A DNA stretch of 64,000 bases, from positions 3,285-67,284 of IMG/VR virus record IMGVR_UViG_3300048924_000151; one strand, given 5' to 3'. A program made the position numbers and the translations under genes. Of this stretch, positions 46,307 to 55,326 are shown piece by piece. The notes under the pieces are model-generated. The model worked only from the letters and a program-made list of their open reading frames with translations. It made no database searches and was not told where the DNA came from. This DNA comes from a virus. Numbering within the stretch: position 1 is the stretch's first letter; each line of letters opens with the position of its first letter.

Positions 46307-47926
46307 ATGTTAGTTCTTGGTTTGAAACTTACGCATGACGGCGCTGTCGCGATTATGGACGGCAGGCGTCTAGTCGGCGCAATTGAGATGGAGAAGGTGG
46401 AGAACCGCCCCCGCCACTCGCATTGCAGGGGGATGGCTGACGTTGAGCAGGCCGTTCGTATGTTCGGCTATGAGGTGGGAGATTTTGATATCATATCTAT
46501 CGATGGTTGGTCATCTGGCATTATCCCCGGATGGAACGACCTGCAAGTCAATGAATACGTTGATAATGAAAATTGCGAACGATATATCGAATGCAAAGGG
46601 TTCGCAGGTTTTGGACATGATTATATTTCCTACACTCATGTGCAGAACCATATATCGTCGGCCTTCCGCACTCACCCCGATGCGCCGGAAGAAGCCTATT
46701 GTATTGTATGGGATGGCGGAATTGGACCCACAGTATTCAAAGTCACGAACTACGGGACTGTATACATCGGCCGCATTCATGATTTCGTCGGTTCCGTCTA
46801 CTCGATTATGGCCCGATACTATGGGCCGTTCAAGGATCAAGCGTACATCGATGCTACGCCGGATCAGATCGTAATGGATCGCATGAAGGGCGGATACGAT
46901 GTGCCCGGAAAGCTTATGGCTTGGATCGCGAACGGAAAGCCCGACTACGGCGTTGTTCATGCAATCAATAAAGAGCTCATCGATCATGCGATGCCTAGCA
47001 GGCTGCCTCAGCCTTTGGCAGAGCATGGGTTCGCAAGGGCGCTTGGCTCTTACAACTACGGCACCGATGCCGATCTAATGCTCAACGCGCATCTTGCTTT
47101 GCAGCAGTCTTTGGTCGAAGGCGCTACGCAATTGATCCCAAAAGGATCACATCTTATGTTTGTTGGCGGAAGCGCGCTTAATATCAAATGGAATTCTGCG
47201 CTTCGAAATACGGGACGCTTTGCAAGTGTATGGGTCCCACCTTTCCCGAATGATGCGGGCTCGGCTATCGGCGCTGCGATGTCGGTCGTCGGGCCGACGA
47301 TGGGCAATGCATCGTGGAACGTGTTCAGCGGACCCGGTGTGAACTTCACGATGGAGCGCGGGACGCAATTAGGATGGGAATGCCGAGATGCTACGCCTTC
47401 TGAGGTAGCAGCCATCCTAGAAGATAATGCCTCAGTCGTTCTGGTGATGGACGGCAGGGCAGAGTTGGGTCCACGCGCACTAGGAAACCGTAGCTTGATT
47501 TCATCGGCAGTCGAAGCCGGCATGAAGGATCGATTGAATTACATGAAGAAGCGCGAGGGCTACAGACCGGTATCTCCGATCTGTATTGAAGACGAAGCGA
47601 AAAGCTGGTTTTCTCCGGGGACCCCTGATCCATACATGCTGTTCGAGCACGTAGCGAAAAATCTGGCGGTCAAGAATTGTCCGGCTATTGTGCATACGGA
47701 TGGAACGTCTCGTTTACAGACTATCGGAATTGATGTAGACACGACGGCCGCAAAAATTCTTCGAGCCTATCACAAGCGCACCGGCCTGCCGATCCTTTGC
47801 AATACGTCGGCAAACGATCTAGGCTGCGGCTTCTTTGCTGATACCGCGACCGCACTTGCATGGTGCCAGAAGAACGATTGCGATCATATGTATAGTAGCG
47901 GATTGCTATTCACGAGAAAAGTATGA
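46307..47926 (+). CDS. nodU: NodU/CmcH-family O-carbamoyltransferase
   Basis: GLKLTHDGAVA, WDGG, GGSALNIKWNSAL, VPPFPNDAGSAIGAA, ELGPRALGNRS, HTDGTSRLQT, LCNTSAN. Confidence 0.88.
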   Translation: MLVLGLKLTHDGAVAIMDGRRLVGAIEMEKVENRPRHSHCRGMADVEQAVRMFGYEVGDFDIISIDGWSSGIIPGWNDLQVNEYVDNENCERYIECKGFAGFGHDYISYTHVQNHISSAFRTHPDAPEEAYCIVWDGGIGPTVFKVTNYGTVYIGRIHDFVGSVYSIMARYYGPFKDQAYIDATPDQIVMDRMKGGYDVPGKLMAWIANGKPDYGVVHAINKELIDHAMPSRLPQPLAEHGFARALGSYNYGTDADLMLNAHLALQQSLVEGATQLIPKGSHLMFVGGSALNIKWNSALRNTGRFASVWVPPFPNDAGSAIGAAMSVVGPTMGNASWNVFSGPGVNFTMERGTQLGWECRDATPSEVAAILEDNASVVLVMDGRAELGPRALGNRSLISSAVEAGMKDRLNYMKKREGYRPVSPICIEDEAKSWFSPGTPDPYMLFEHVAKNLAVKNCPAIVHTDGTSRLQTIGIDVDTTAAKILRAYHKRTGLPILCNTSANDLGCGFFADTATALAWCQKNDCDHMYSSGLLFTRKV

Positions 47927-48324
47927 AGTCAGTTCCCGAAATGCTAGAGACGGCAGCGGAGACCTATCGGGATCGCAACGCCGTCTACGGTGACGACTAT
48001 AAAAAGATTGGCGCGATGTATGTCGCGCTTTTCCCGAATGGCCTGACAGTAAAAACCGCAGACGACTGGCAGCGCCTCGCGCTGCTTATGGCCGCAGTCG
48101 GCAAGATGCGACGCTACACGAACAACTTCGAAAGCGGGGGGCATGCTGACAGCCTGCTTGACCTCGCCGTATATTCGACTATGCTAAAGGAATTGGACGA
48201 ATGCGCGCTATCATCTTCGACACAGAAACGACAGGCCTCCTCAAAAAGAAAGCAGCGCCGCTCAACACGCAACCAAGTGTCATCGAGTTTTACGGATGTG
48301 CGGTTGATCATACCGGTGAAGTAA
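47923..48324 (+). CDS. All-alpha nucleotide pyrophosphatase-like (nucleotide-modification-associated) protein
   Basis: RNAVYGD...KMRRY...HADSLLDLAVY. Confidence 0.6.
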   Translation: MKSVPEMLETAAETYRDRNAVYGDDYKKIGAMYVALFPNGLTVKTADDWQRLALLMAAVGKMRRYTNNFESGGHADSLLDLAVYSTMLKELDECALSSSTQKRQASSKRKQRRSTRNQVSSSFTDVRLIIPVK

Positions 48325-48734
48325 TCGACGTTTACGAAACGCTGATAAAACCACCGGAAAAGATCGCGCCTATCATCACGCAAATCACAGGCATCACGAA
48401 CGAGATGCTGGAAGACGCACCCCCCTTCTCGTTCGTTGCGCCAAAGATCAAGAAGTTTTTGGAAGGCGGAGAGCGCGTTGTCGCTCACAATCTTTCATTC
48501 GATGTGGGTATGATCGATAACGAATTCGAAAGGCTTACGCAAGCACTTGCGTGGCCGAAGGTTAGAACTTGTACGGTCGAGCAGTTGGAGTTCATCAAGG
48601 GGCATCGGATGAAGCTGGCTGACTTATACAACTACTTTTTCCCCGGAGAGACTTACGGCGCGCATAGGGCGAAGGCAGACGTTGTTGCGCTTACCCGGAT
48701 TTATCGTGAATGCTTGGTGCGCAATTGGCTCTAG
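48201..48734 (+). CDS. dnaQ: DEDDh 3'-5' exonuclease (Pol III epsilon-like)
   Basis: DTETTG, AHNLSFD, HRAKAD. Confidence 0.9.
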   Translation: MRAIIFDTETTGLLKKKAAPLNTQPSVIEFYGCAVDHTGEVIDVYETLIKPPEKIAPIITQITGITNEMLEDAPPFSFVAPKIKKFLEGGERVVAHNLSFDVGMIDNEFERLTQALAWPKVRTCTVEQLEFIKGHRMKLADLYNYFFPGETYGAHRAKADVVALTRIYRECLVRNWL

Positions 48735-49168
48735 CGTTTCCTCCTAGGCGCGGGTTTAAGCTGGCAGACCCGGAAGACCCTGACCACCCCGGCGTCGATG
48801 AGCATACGTATCGCATATTGCTCACCGACGATCCAAACGGCCTTTGCGCGATAGTCGATGCGATAGACTACTGGTGGGCATGCCAATGGCGCTGGCATAA
48901 TCATCCGAGCAATCCGAACGGCAACAGGGTAGTTAAGAACTATGCGAGGCGCGCGCCTAGAGGCAGTCGAGATAGCAACGAAGGCGGCGCGCCAACTCAA
49001 ATATACCTGCACAAAGCCATCTTAATTCGGATGGGTGCGCCGCAGCCGACCGAGTATCATACAATAGGAGATCACCAAGACGGGGATAGCCTAAACTGCC
49101 GACGATATAACCTAGAGTGGAATACTCTCTCTGGTAATGCGCAAACTGCGAAGCGAAAGAAACGATGA
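48710..49168 (+). CDS. HNH homing-endonuclease-like protein
   Basis: YLHKAIL...GDHQDGDSLNCRRYNL. Confidence 0.7.
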   Translation: MLGAQLALAFPPRRGFKLADPEDPDHPGVDEHTYRILLTDDPNGLCAIVDAIDYWWACQWRWHNHPSNPNGNRVVKNYARRAPRGSRDSNEGGAPTQIYLHKAILIRMGAPQPTEYHTIGDHQDGDSLNCRRYNLEWNTLSGNAQTAKRKKR

Positions 49169-52107
49169 CCTTTCAGAGCATTCGATACCGTACTGGCTTT
49201 AGCTTCCGAGCCGCGACCGGGCACATCGATGAAGTGCTCAATCGCATCATCGAGACCGGCGCGAAGGTCGCGCCTATAACGGATCGATCCAGCACATTCG
49301 GATTTAACAAATGGTCGAAGGCTTGCAAGAAAAAGGGCATTCGTCCCGTATACGGGATCGAACTTGCTGTTAGCGTTGATCCTGTAGCAAAGAAGCCTGT
49401 GATCGATTATTGGACTTTTATTTCATATAGTGACATCAAAGAAATCAATCGTCTTCTAGCCGTAGCGACTGCTCAGTTTAGGTATACAAACGTACTATCG
49501 TATGAGCAGGCTCTGGAAGCTGATTGCTTTAAAATCGTCGGGCATCGCAGCGACGTTGCGAGGATCGTTACAGCGAGCGGCCCTAAAGGCCCCCTTAACA
49601 CCTACTATGCCCTAGGGCCTGCCGTAAGCAGGGGCTACGTTGCGCAGATGCGGGAAGCAGGGATAAACCCCGCCGCATCCGGAGACAACATCTATCCGAC
49701 GAAGCGCCGAGAGGCGCAGGCTGAAATCATTCTAGGTCGCGGCTTTAGCTCGCAATCGTACCCCCAGCATATATTGAGCGAAGACGAATGGCTGGATAGT
49801 ATTGCGCATTTAGATATGAGTGCAGAGGAAATCGCAGCGGCCATTTATAACACAGAAGACATCCTAGAGCATAGCACTTCTCATATGGTGCTATCTGAAT
49901 TTATGATACCTGAAAAGCCGGAGACCTTGCGCGCGATGTGCGAGAGGGGGGCGGCCAAGCTAGGTGTCGATCTTACGAATGAAGTATACAAGGAACGATT
50001 AGATCGCGAGCTTATGCTTATCGATGTAAAAGGATATGACAACTACTTCTATATCGTTGCCGATCTTGTATCATGGGCTCGCGAAAGAATGCTAGTCGGC
50101 CCAGCGCGCGGTTCTAGCTGCGGCTCACTGGTATGCTATCTGCTGGGCATAACGATGGTAGACCCTATCCCTTACGGACTTCTGTTTGAGCGTTTCGTCG
50201 ATATCAATCGTATGGATATGCCAGATATCGACATCGACTTTGCCGATCAAAAACGGCATCTCGTTGAAGAATATGCAGCAGATAAATACGGCATCGATCA
50301 CGTTGCGCGCCTAGGCACCGTCAATATGTTCAAGGCCCGTTCAGCTTTGCAAACTACTTGCATGGAATTAAACGTGCCTCGTTGGAAGGCAGATAAGGCT
50401 CTGGACGCGCTCGTCAAGCGTTCGTCAGCAGACGCCCGCGCGATGGATACTCTTATCGATACCCTATCTCTTACGGATGCAGGCAAAGAGCTTGTCAGTG
50501 AGCATCCTGAAATTGTACCGGTGTTGGAAGGGTTCGAAGGCCACCCCCGCCATGCAGGCCAGCACGCGGCAGGTATCGTTATTTCAAAGACGCCAATTCG
50601 TGATACCGTCGCAATCGATAGCAGGACCGGCGCAACGCAATGTGATAAGAAGGATGCGGAAGAACTGAACCTGCTTAAGATAGACGCCCTTGGTCTCGTT
50701 CAGCTATCGATCTTTGAAGACTGCCTTGCGCTCGCCGGATTGCCTAAGAAACATCTTGATACAATTTCATATGATGATCCTGCTGCATATGCAGTGCTAA
50801 ACAATTCTCAGTTCGCAGGCATCTTTCAGTACAACGGGAAGGCGCTGCAATACCTCGCCAATTATATCAAGTCTGATAACCTTGAAGACATCATCTCTGT
50901 TACAGCCCTTGCGCGCCCCGGCCCTCTAGCATCTGGCGGCGCAAACGAGTGGGCACGGCGACGGATCGGAGCAGACCCGGTAACGTATCCGCATCCCGTA
51001 TTCGAAAGCCATCTCAAGAATTCTCTAGGGGTTATCATCTATCAAGAGCAGGTGATGACCATCGGCCGCGACATCGGAGATATGAACTGGGAGGAAGTGA
51101 CCCAAGTTCGTAAGGCTATGGCTAAGTCGATGGGCAAGGAATACTTTAACCAATTCGGAGATAAGTGGAAGATCGGTGCCATGAAAAAAGGCATCAGCAA
51201 AGAAGTAGCTGACACAGTATGGGATCAGCTTTGCGCATACGGCGCATGGTCGTTCAACCGTTCGCATTCGGTCGCATACGGAATGATCAGCTATCAATGC
51301 TGCTGGCTTAAGGCGCACTATCCTCTAGAGTTCGCAGCAGCGACTTTGCAACATGCGCACGATACAGAACTGCAACTGAAGCTCCTCCGTGAGATCGTGA
51401 GTGAAGGCCACAACTACATCCCCGTAGATGCCGAGCAATCGACTAACAGATGGACTGTCGGCGTTCGTGGGCCGAACAAGATGCGCGTTCTAGTCGGCCC
51501 GTTGCAGAACGTTAAAGGCATTGGCCCGAAAGGCGTAGTCAAAGTTATATCGGCGCGTGCATCCGGAAAGAAGTTGACTGGCCGTGAAGCAAAGCTATTA
51601 GAGAACCCAGTTACTCCTCTGGACAGCCTGTTCCCTATCCGCGATGCATTCCGCAAGTATCTTCCGGACCCGAAAGCGCGTAACATATTCACCGAGCCGA
51701 CGAAGATAATCGACATCCAATGTGTGCCGAAGAACAAGGCCGACGAAGAACATCTAGTCTTTTGCGTATTGGCTCGCATCGCACCGCGCGACGAAAACGA
51801 TTTGCAGAACGTCGCAAAGCGCGGATACGAATTGCGCGGACCAACGCAAGCGTTGAACTTGCGCATCATGGATGATACAGACGTCTTATTCGCAAAGATT
51901 AATCGCATGGACTATGAAAGGATCGGCGCAGAAATCGTAGAGCGGGGGGTTCCACTTAAACATCTGTACGTTCTAAAGGGCACTGTGCGTAGCGGTCTTG
52001 ATTTTAGAATGTTCAATGTTAAAGCGGCACGCTATATCTGCCCTATCGGCGGCGTCGAAGAACCGAAGCCTGTGAAGGTGAAAAAGACTAAGCAGCAAGA
52101 CGACTAG
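49165..52107 (+). CDS. dnaE: DNA polymerase III alpha subunit (family C)
   Basis: GPARGS, RMDMPDIDIDF, QHAAG, LLKIDALG, YQEQ, FNRSHS, WLKAHYP. Confidence 0.95.
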   Translation: MTFQSIRYRTGFSFRAATGHIDEVLNRIIETGAKVAPITDRSSTFGFNKWSKACKKKGIRPVYGIELAVSVDPVAKKPVIDYWTFISYSDIKEINRLLAVATAQFRYTNVLSYEQALEADCFKIVGHRSDVARIVTASGPKGPLNTYYALGPAVSRGYVAQMREAGINPAASGDNIYPTKRREAQAEIILGRGFSSQSYPQHILSEDEWLDSIAHLDMSAEEIAAAIYNTEDILEHSTSHMVLSEFMIPEKPETLRAMCERGAAKLGVDLTNEVYKERLDRELMLIDVKGYDNYFYIVADLVSWARERMLVGPARGSSCGSLVCYLLGITMVDPIPYGLLFERFVDINRMDMPDIDIDFADQKRHLVEEYAADKYGIDHVARLGTVNMFKARSALQTTCMELNVPRWKADKALDALVKRSSADARAMDTLIDTLSLTDAGKELVSEHPEIVPVLEGFEGHPRHAGQHAAGIVISKTPIRDTVAIDSRTGATQCDKKDAEELNLLKIDALGLVQLSIFEDCLALAGLPKKHLDTISYDDPAAYAVLNNSQFAGIFQYNGKALQYLANYIKSDNLEDIISVTALARPGPLASGGANEWARRRIGADPVTYPHPVFESHLKNSLGVIIYQEQVMTIGRDIGDMNWEEVTQVRKAMAKSMGKEYFNQFGDKWKIGAMKKGISKEVADTVWDQLCAYGAWSFNRSHSVAYGMISYQCCWLKAHYPLEFAAATLQHAHDTELQLKLLREIVSEGHNYIPVDAEQSTNRWTVGVRGPNKMRVLVGPLQNVKGIGPKGVVKVISARASGKKLTGREAKLLENPVTPLDSLFPIRDAFRKYLPDPKARNIFTEPTKIIDIQCVPKNKADEEHLVFCVLARIAPRDENDLQNVAKRGYELRGPTQALNLRIMDDTDVLFAKINRMDYERIGAEIVERGVPLKHLYVLKGTVRSGLDFRMFNVKAARYICPIGGVEEPKPVKVKKTKQQDD

Positions 52108-52588
52108 AGCGCGGAACTACCCGACCGCGAAGAACGAATACAGGGTGAAAAACCGCCCCCTACCGGAGACTTAAAATGGCACCCTCTATATGCTCGCACT
52201 GCGGAAATCTCATACCGCCCGGCGAAGATGAATGCCCTATCTGCGAAGCGGATATTGATGAGCCACTATTCGAAGACGAGGAATTCCCAGATGAGGAATA
52301 GCAACATCATGTTCTACTTTGCTCGATCAACCGCAGCGGCAGTAATGTACCTGGTCGTTTTCTTTACGTATCGCGCGTGGAAAGCGATTGAGGTTCGATC
52401 TAGCTGGAGAGAGGCGACTATAATCATGGTCGCCGTATATGCTGCAATCTGGTTTTTTTTGGTAGGGCAAGGAGTGCATTAAATGTGGATGTTTAAGCAT
52501 CCTGACGGAAGGCCCGACAAGTTAGGCATTTCAATTGCAGTAGTATGGACCTGTAGCCTTGTAGGCTATTTAATCTATTGGGCGATTA

Positions 52589-53266
52589 ATGTCCATTGAT
52601 AACCTGCGATTGATGCTGGAGCGTACCGACGCAATCGATATGCGCGAGGGGAAGCTAGCCTATGAGCGATACAACGAAGTCATGCGGCAAATCGCAGACC
52701 TGTATCAATTCGAGATATCAAAAGTCATTGCTGCTTTCGTCTCGCTATCTCCCAATTCGGACTATGCGGGAAATTTGCGATCAACGATATCCGTACTTGA
52801 TGGTATACGAAGCGGAACGCCCTGCGAGTATATCAATGTCAGCACCTATAAGCATTGTCGAAATAGAGCGTTTGCATATGCAACGGGAGCAAGAGTTTTC
52901 TTGGAGGAAACTAAAGGTCCAAAGATCACCAACTTCTACCACAACCTCTTGGACCCGCAGGACAGTCGTTTCGTTACTATCGATGGACATATGGTAGCTG
53001 CATGGAAAGCGCAGAACCTAACGATGAAAGAGGCGCTGGTATCTGCTCGCGGCTATCGCGAAATAGCGGGAGAGGTTAAGCGCCTCGCATTCGAAAACTA
53101 CATGCTTCCTAATCAATTGCAAGCCGTGCTATGGTTTACTCACAAGCGGCTTGCGAATTCGAAATACGATCCACAAGGATCGTTGTTTAACTCACCCGAC
53201 GATCTATGGAATACTTCCGTGGACGTTTCGAGCCTAAGACCATACCGAACGAGGAAAGAACCATGA
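52589..53266 (+). CDS. Putative HhH/DNA-glycosylase-fold protein
   Basis: LSPN...GPKITNF...VTIDGHM...QLQAVLW pattern. Confidence 0.55.
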   Translation: MSIDNLRLMLERTDAIDMREGKLAYERYNEVMRQIADLYQFEISKVIAAFVSLSPNSDYAGNLRSTISVLDGIRSGTPCEYINVSTYKHCRNRAFAYATGARVFLEETKGPKITNFYHNLLDPQDSRFVTIDGHMVAAWKAQNLTMKEALVSARGYREIAGEVKRLAFENYMLPNQLQAVLWFTHKRLANSKYDPQGSLFNSPDDLWNTSVDVSSLRPYRTRKEP

Positions 53267-53757
53267 TACCAGAAAACGAACGAAGCGCAATTGAGATCAT
53301 GCGGGATGAACTCGTCGCAATTGAAAACATGGAACTAGTGAATCGCAACCGTGCGCGGCAATCGGCCCTAGACCAGCTGGGAATGCGAATGGCAGAGATT
53401 AGCGACGAAGTTAAAAACATCGTCTCAACGCAAGCGCTGATCTTGAAGCAGTCAGAAGATGACATAGCAGAGACTAACAAAAAGACATTGCGCATAATCA
53501 ACAAGTGCGAAGTAGGCATGGGCCGCAAAGTGCTAACGATGCAGCAAGCTCTGGAAAGGTTTGCGCCCGGCAGGGCGGCTACGGAGGCGCAGGGCGCGTC
53601 GGCGCAGATCGAGGACCCGACGCCCGGCGAAACGACGGCCGCGAACGAGGCCCCTGCGGCTTCTCCGGCGATCGATACGAAAACGCCGCCCGAAGGCGGC
53701 GAATACGGTATCGAATACATCGAAGGCGTTGCCTTTAACAAGGCTCAGCCGCACTAG
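53263..53757 (+). CDS. Hypothetical protein
   Basis: ATGA-coupled, GAGG RBS; last plus-strand gene. Confidence 0.6.
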   Translation: MIPENERSAIEIMRDELVAIENMELVNRNRARQSALDQLGMRMAEISDEVKNIVSTQALILKQSEDDIAETNKKTLRIINKCEVGMGRKVLTMQQALERFAPGRAATEAQGASAQIEDPTPGETTAANEAPAASPAIDTKTPPEGGEYGIEYIEGVAFNKAQPH

Positions 53758-53758
53758 G

Positions 53759-54097
53759 TCAACGCGGGGGGACGATTGTAGGAGCGGCCCCCCGACCGGA
53801 GATTTCGGCAGAAAGTTCACGGTACCATGAGGTGCAGTTCACTTTGTCGAGGTTTCCTTTGTCGATGGTGCGGTTTCCGTTTTTGATGGCAACGATGGCT
53901 TCGTAGCCTTCGCGAACCTTGATGTGCGGGTATTGTCGAGTACACTCTGTTGGGTACTCAGGGAGCGTGACGCGGGCATTTGACGTTCCGATGGTTGTAC
54001 CGGCTTCATCGAGCAGTTCCTTATTTTTTGCGCAGCCAATCAATGTCAGCGCCAGTAAGAGGACAAGAGCGTTTGTCGGCCTTGAGCTTCGCGGCAT
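53759..54097 (-). CDS. o-spanin (Rz1-like lipoprotein)
   Basis: Lipobox LLLALTLIGC; overlaps i-spanin end. Confidence 0.75.
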   Translation of the reverse strand: MPRSSRPTNALVLLLALTLIGCAKNKELLDEAGTTIGTSNARVTLPEYPTECTRQYPHIKVREGYEAIVAIKNGNRTIDKGNLDKVNCTSWYRELSAEISGRGAAPTIVPPR

Positions 54098-54407
54098 AGT
54101 CCTGCAAATCCTTTCTTTTGGCATCCAACGTCGCGTCGTCTTCAGCCTTCTGTTTATCGATGGTAGCCTTGAGCATGTTAGTGGCTAGGATTGCAGCGTT
54201 CGCCTGCCGCATTCGTTCGTCTAGTTCGGCTTTCGCCGCGACCGCAGAGACTTCCAAAACATATCCGCCACGGGCCTCTTCACGAATACGCGGATTTTCG
54301 ATCCACATATTCCACATCGTAAACAGCACCGCAACTAGTGCGATGTAAGACCACGCGGCAAGTGCGCCGACAAGAAAGTTCTTGATAACAGTAAGTGCAA
54401 CTAGCAT
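54021..54407 (-). CDS. i-spanin (Rz-like)
   Basis: N-terminal TM, coiled coil, C-terminal Cys; follows endolysin. Confidence 0.75.
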   Translation of the reverse strand: MLVALTVIKNFLVGALAAWSYIALVAVLFTMWNMWIENPRIREEARGGYVLEVSAVAAKAELDERMRQANAAILATNMLKATIDKQKAEDDATLDAKRKDLQDYAAKLKADKRSCPLTGADIDWLRKK

Positions 54408-54408
54408 A

Positions 54409-55302
54409 TTACACCATGCCTAGTTTTGCAAGACCGCGCTCAAACAGGCGCGCTTCAGTCTCGCGACGTGCAAGCAAGCCGTCCAAATTCTTGCCGACCC
54501 AAAGCCGCTTCATGGATCGGAATTCGGCAGGCACCCGTTCGGGGTGTCCATCGCGAAGATGGTTCCGAATGTTGAGCATTTCAATACGACTGTTGCCGCC
54601 TTTTGGATCGACTAACGCTAGGCCGCGATTGAACCCGACAGACACCAACGAACCTTCGCAGTCAGGGCCAAGCGCTTGAGTATTCGGGAATACCTTGCGG
54701 ACCTTGCTGACCCAACGAGGAAGCTCCACATTGATAAAATGCTCGATTGCAACCGGCCACGGAATGCTGATACCGCTGTATCGACCTGAAGCAACGAGGC
54801 CGTGCGCGCGCTCGCCGGTAGCCCCTGCGCATTGCTGCATCAGAGATACCATAGCAGCCGGGAGCCGCGTTCCCCAGTCTTCCGCGATACTCTCCGCCGT
54901 CGCATATCCGAGATCAATACCAACTGCGACCGTCACCCCGGACGAGCCGCCCGGCCAAGTCGGTCGCATGTAGCTCTGAATATACTTCGCAGGGCTGGTC
55001 ACTTCGCTTTCAACGATGATATCTCCAGCCTCTTTGCCGACGTGGATGTAATCGTCTGGCAGAGAGTTACGCACGACTGGCGCAGGACGCGGCGCAGAAG
55101 GATCGGCAGCAATTGCATTGCCGGAGAACAAGACCGCCTCTGTCATCATTCCGTAGCCATCTGTCGTAAGGTTGTTGCGTTTTTGAAACTCAACGGCCGC
55201 AGCTTTGAACATCGGTCCTTGCGTATTTGACGCGGCACCAGCATTGTAGCCTAGCTGATTAAGGCGTTCGGTCGCTTGCGAAATTGAATACTTAAGTGGC
55301 AT
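54409..55302 (-). CDS. Endolysin: peptidoglycan-binding domain plus lysozyme-like domain
   Basis: LNQLGY...FQKRNNLTTDG; WPGGSSGVTVAVGIDLG; GLLARRETEA. Confidence 0.88.
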   Translation of the reverse strand: MPLKYSISQATERLNQLGYNAGAASNTQGPMFKAAAVEFQKRNNLTTDGYGMMTEAVLFSGNAIAADPSAPRPAPVVRNSLPDDYIHVGKEAGDIIVESEVTSPAKYIQSYMRPTWPGGSSGVTVAVGIDLGYATAESIAEDWGTRLPAAMVSLMQQCAGATGERAHGLVASGRYSGISIPWPVAIEHFINVELPRWVSKVRKVFPNTQALGPDCEGSLVSVGFNRGLALVDPKGGNSRIEMLNIRNHLRDGHPERVPAEFRSMKRLWVGKNLDGLLARRETEARLFERGLAKLGMV

Positions 55303-55326
55303 AATTTTATTCCTTAGGGTTGATGA

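Noticed and set aside
48201-48324. 124-bp overlap of the pyrophosphatase-like gene with dnaQ as a functional fusion
   Set aside because: The extension has no recognisable motif and likely reflects loss of a stop at an ATGA-type junction
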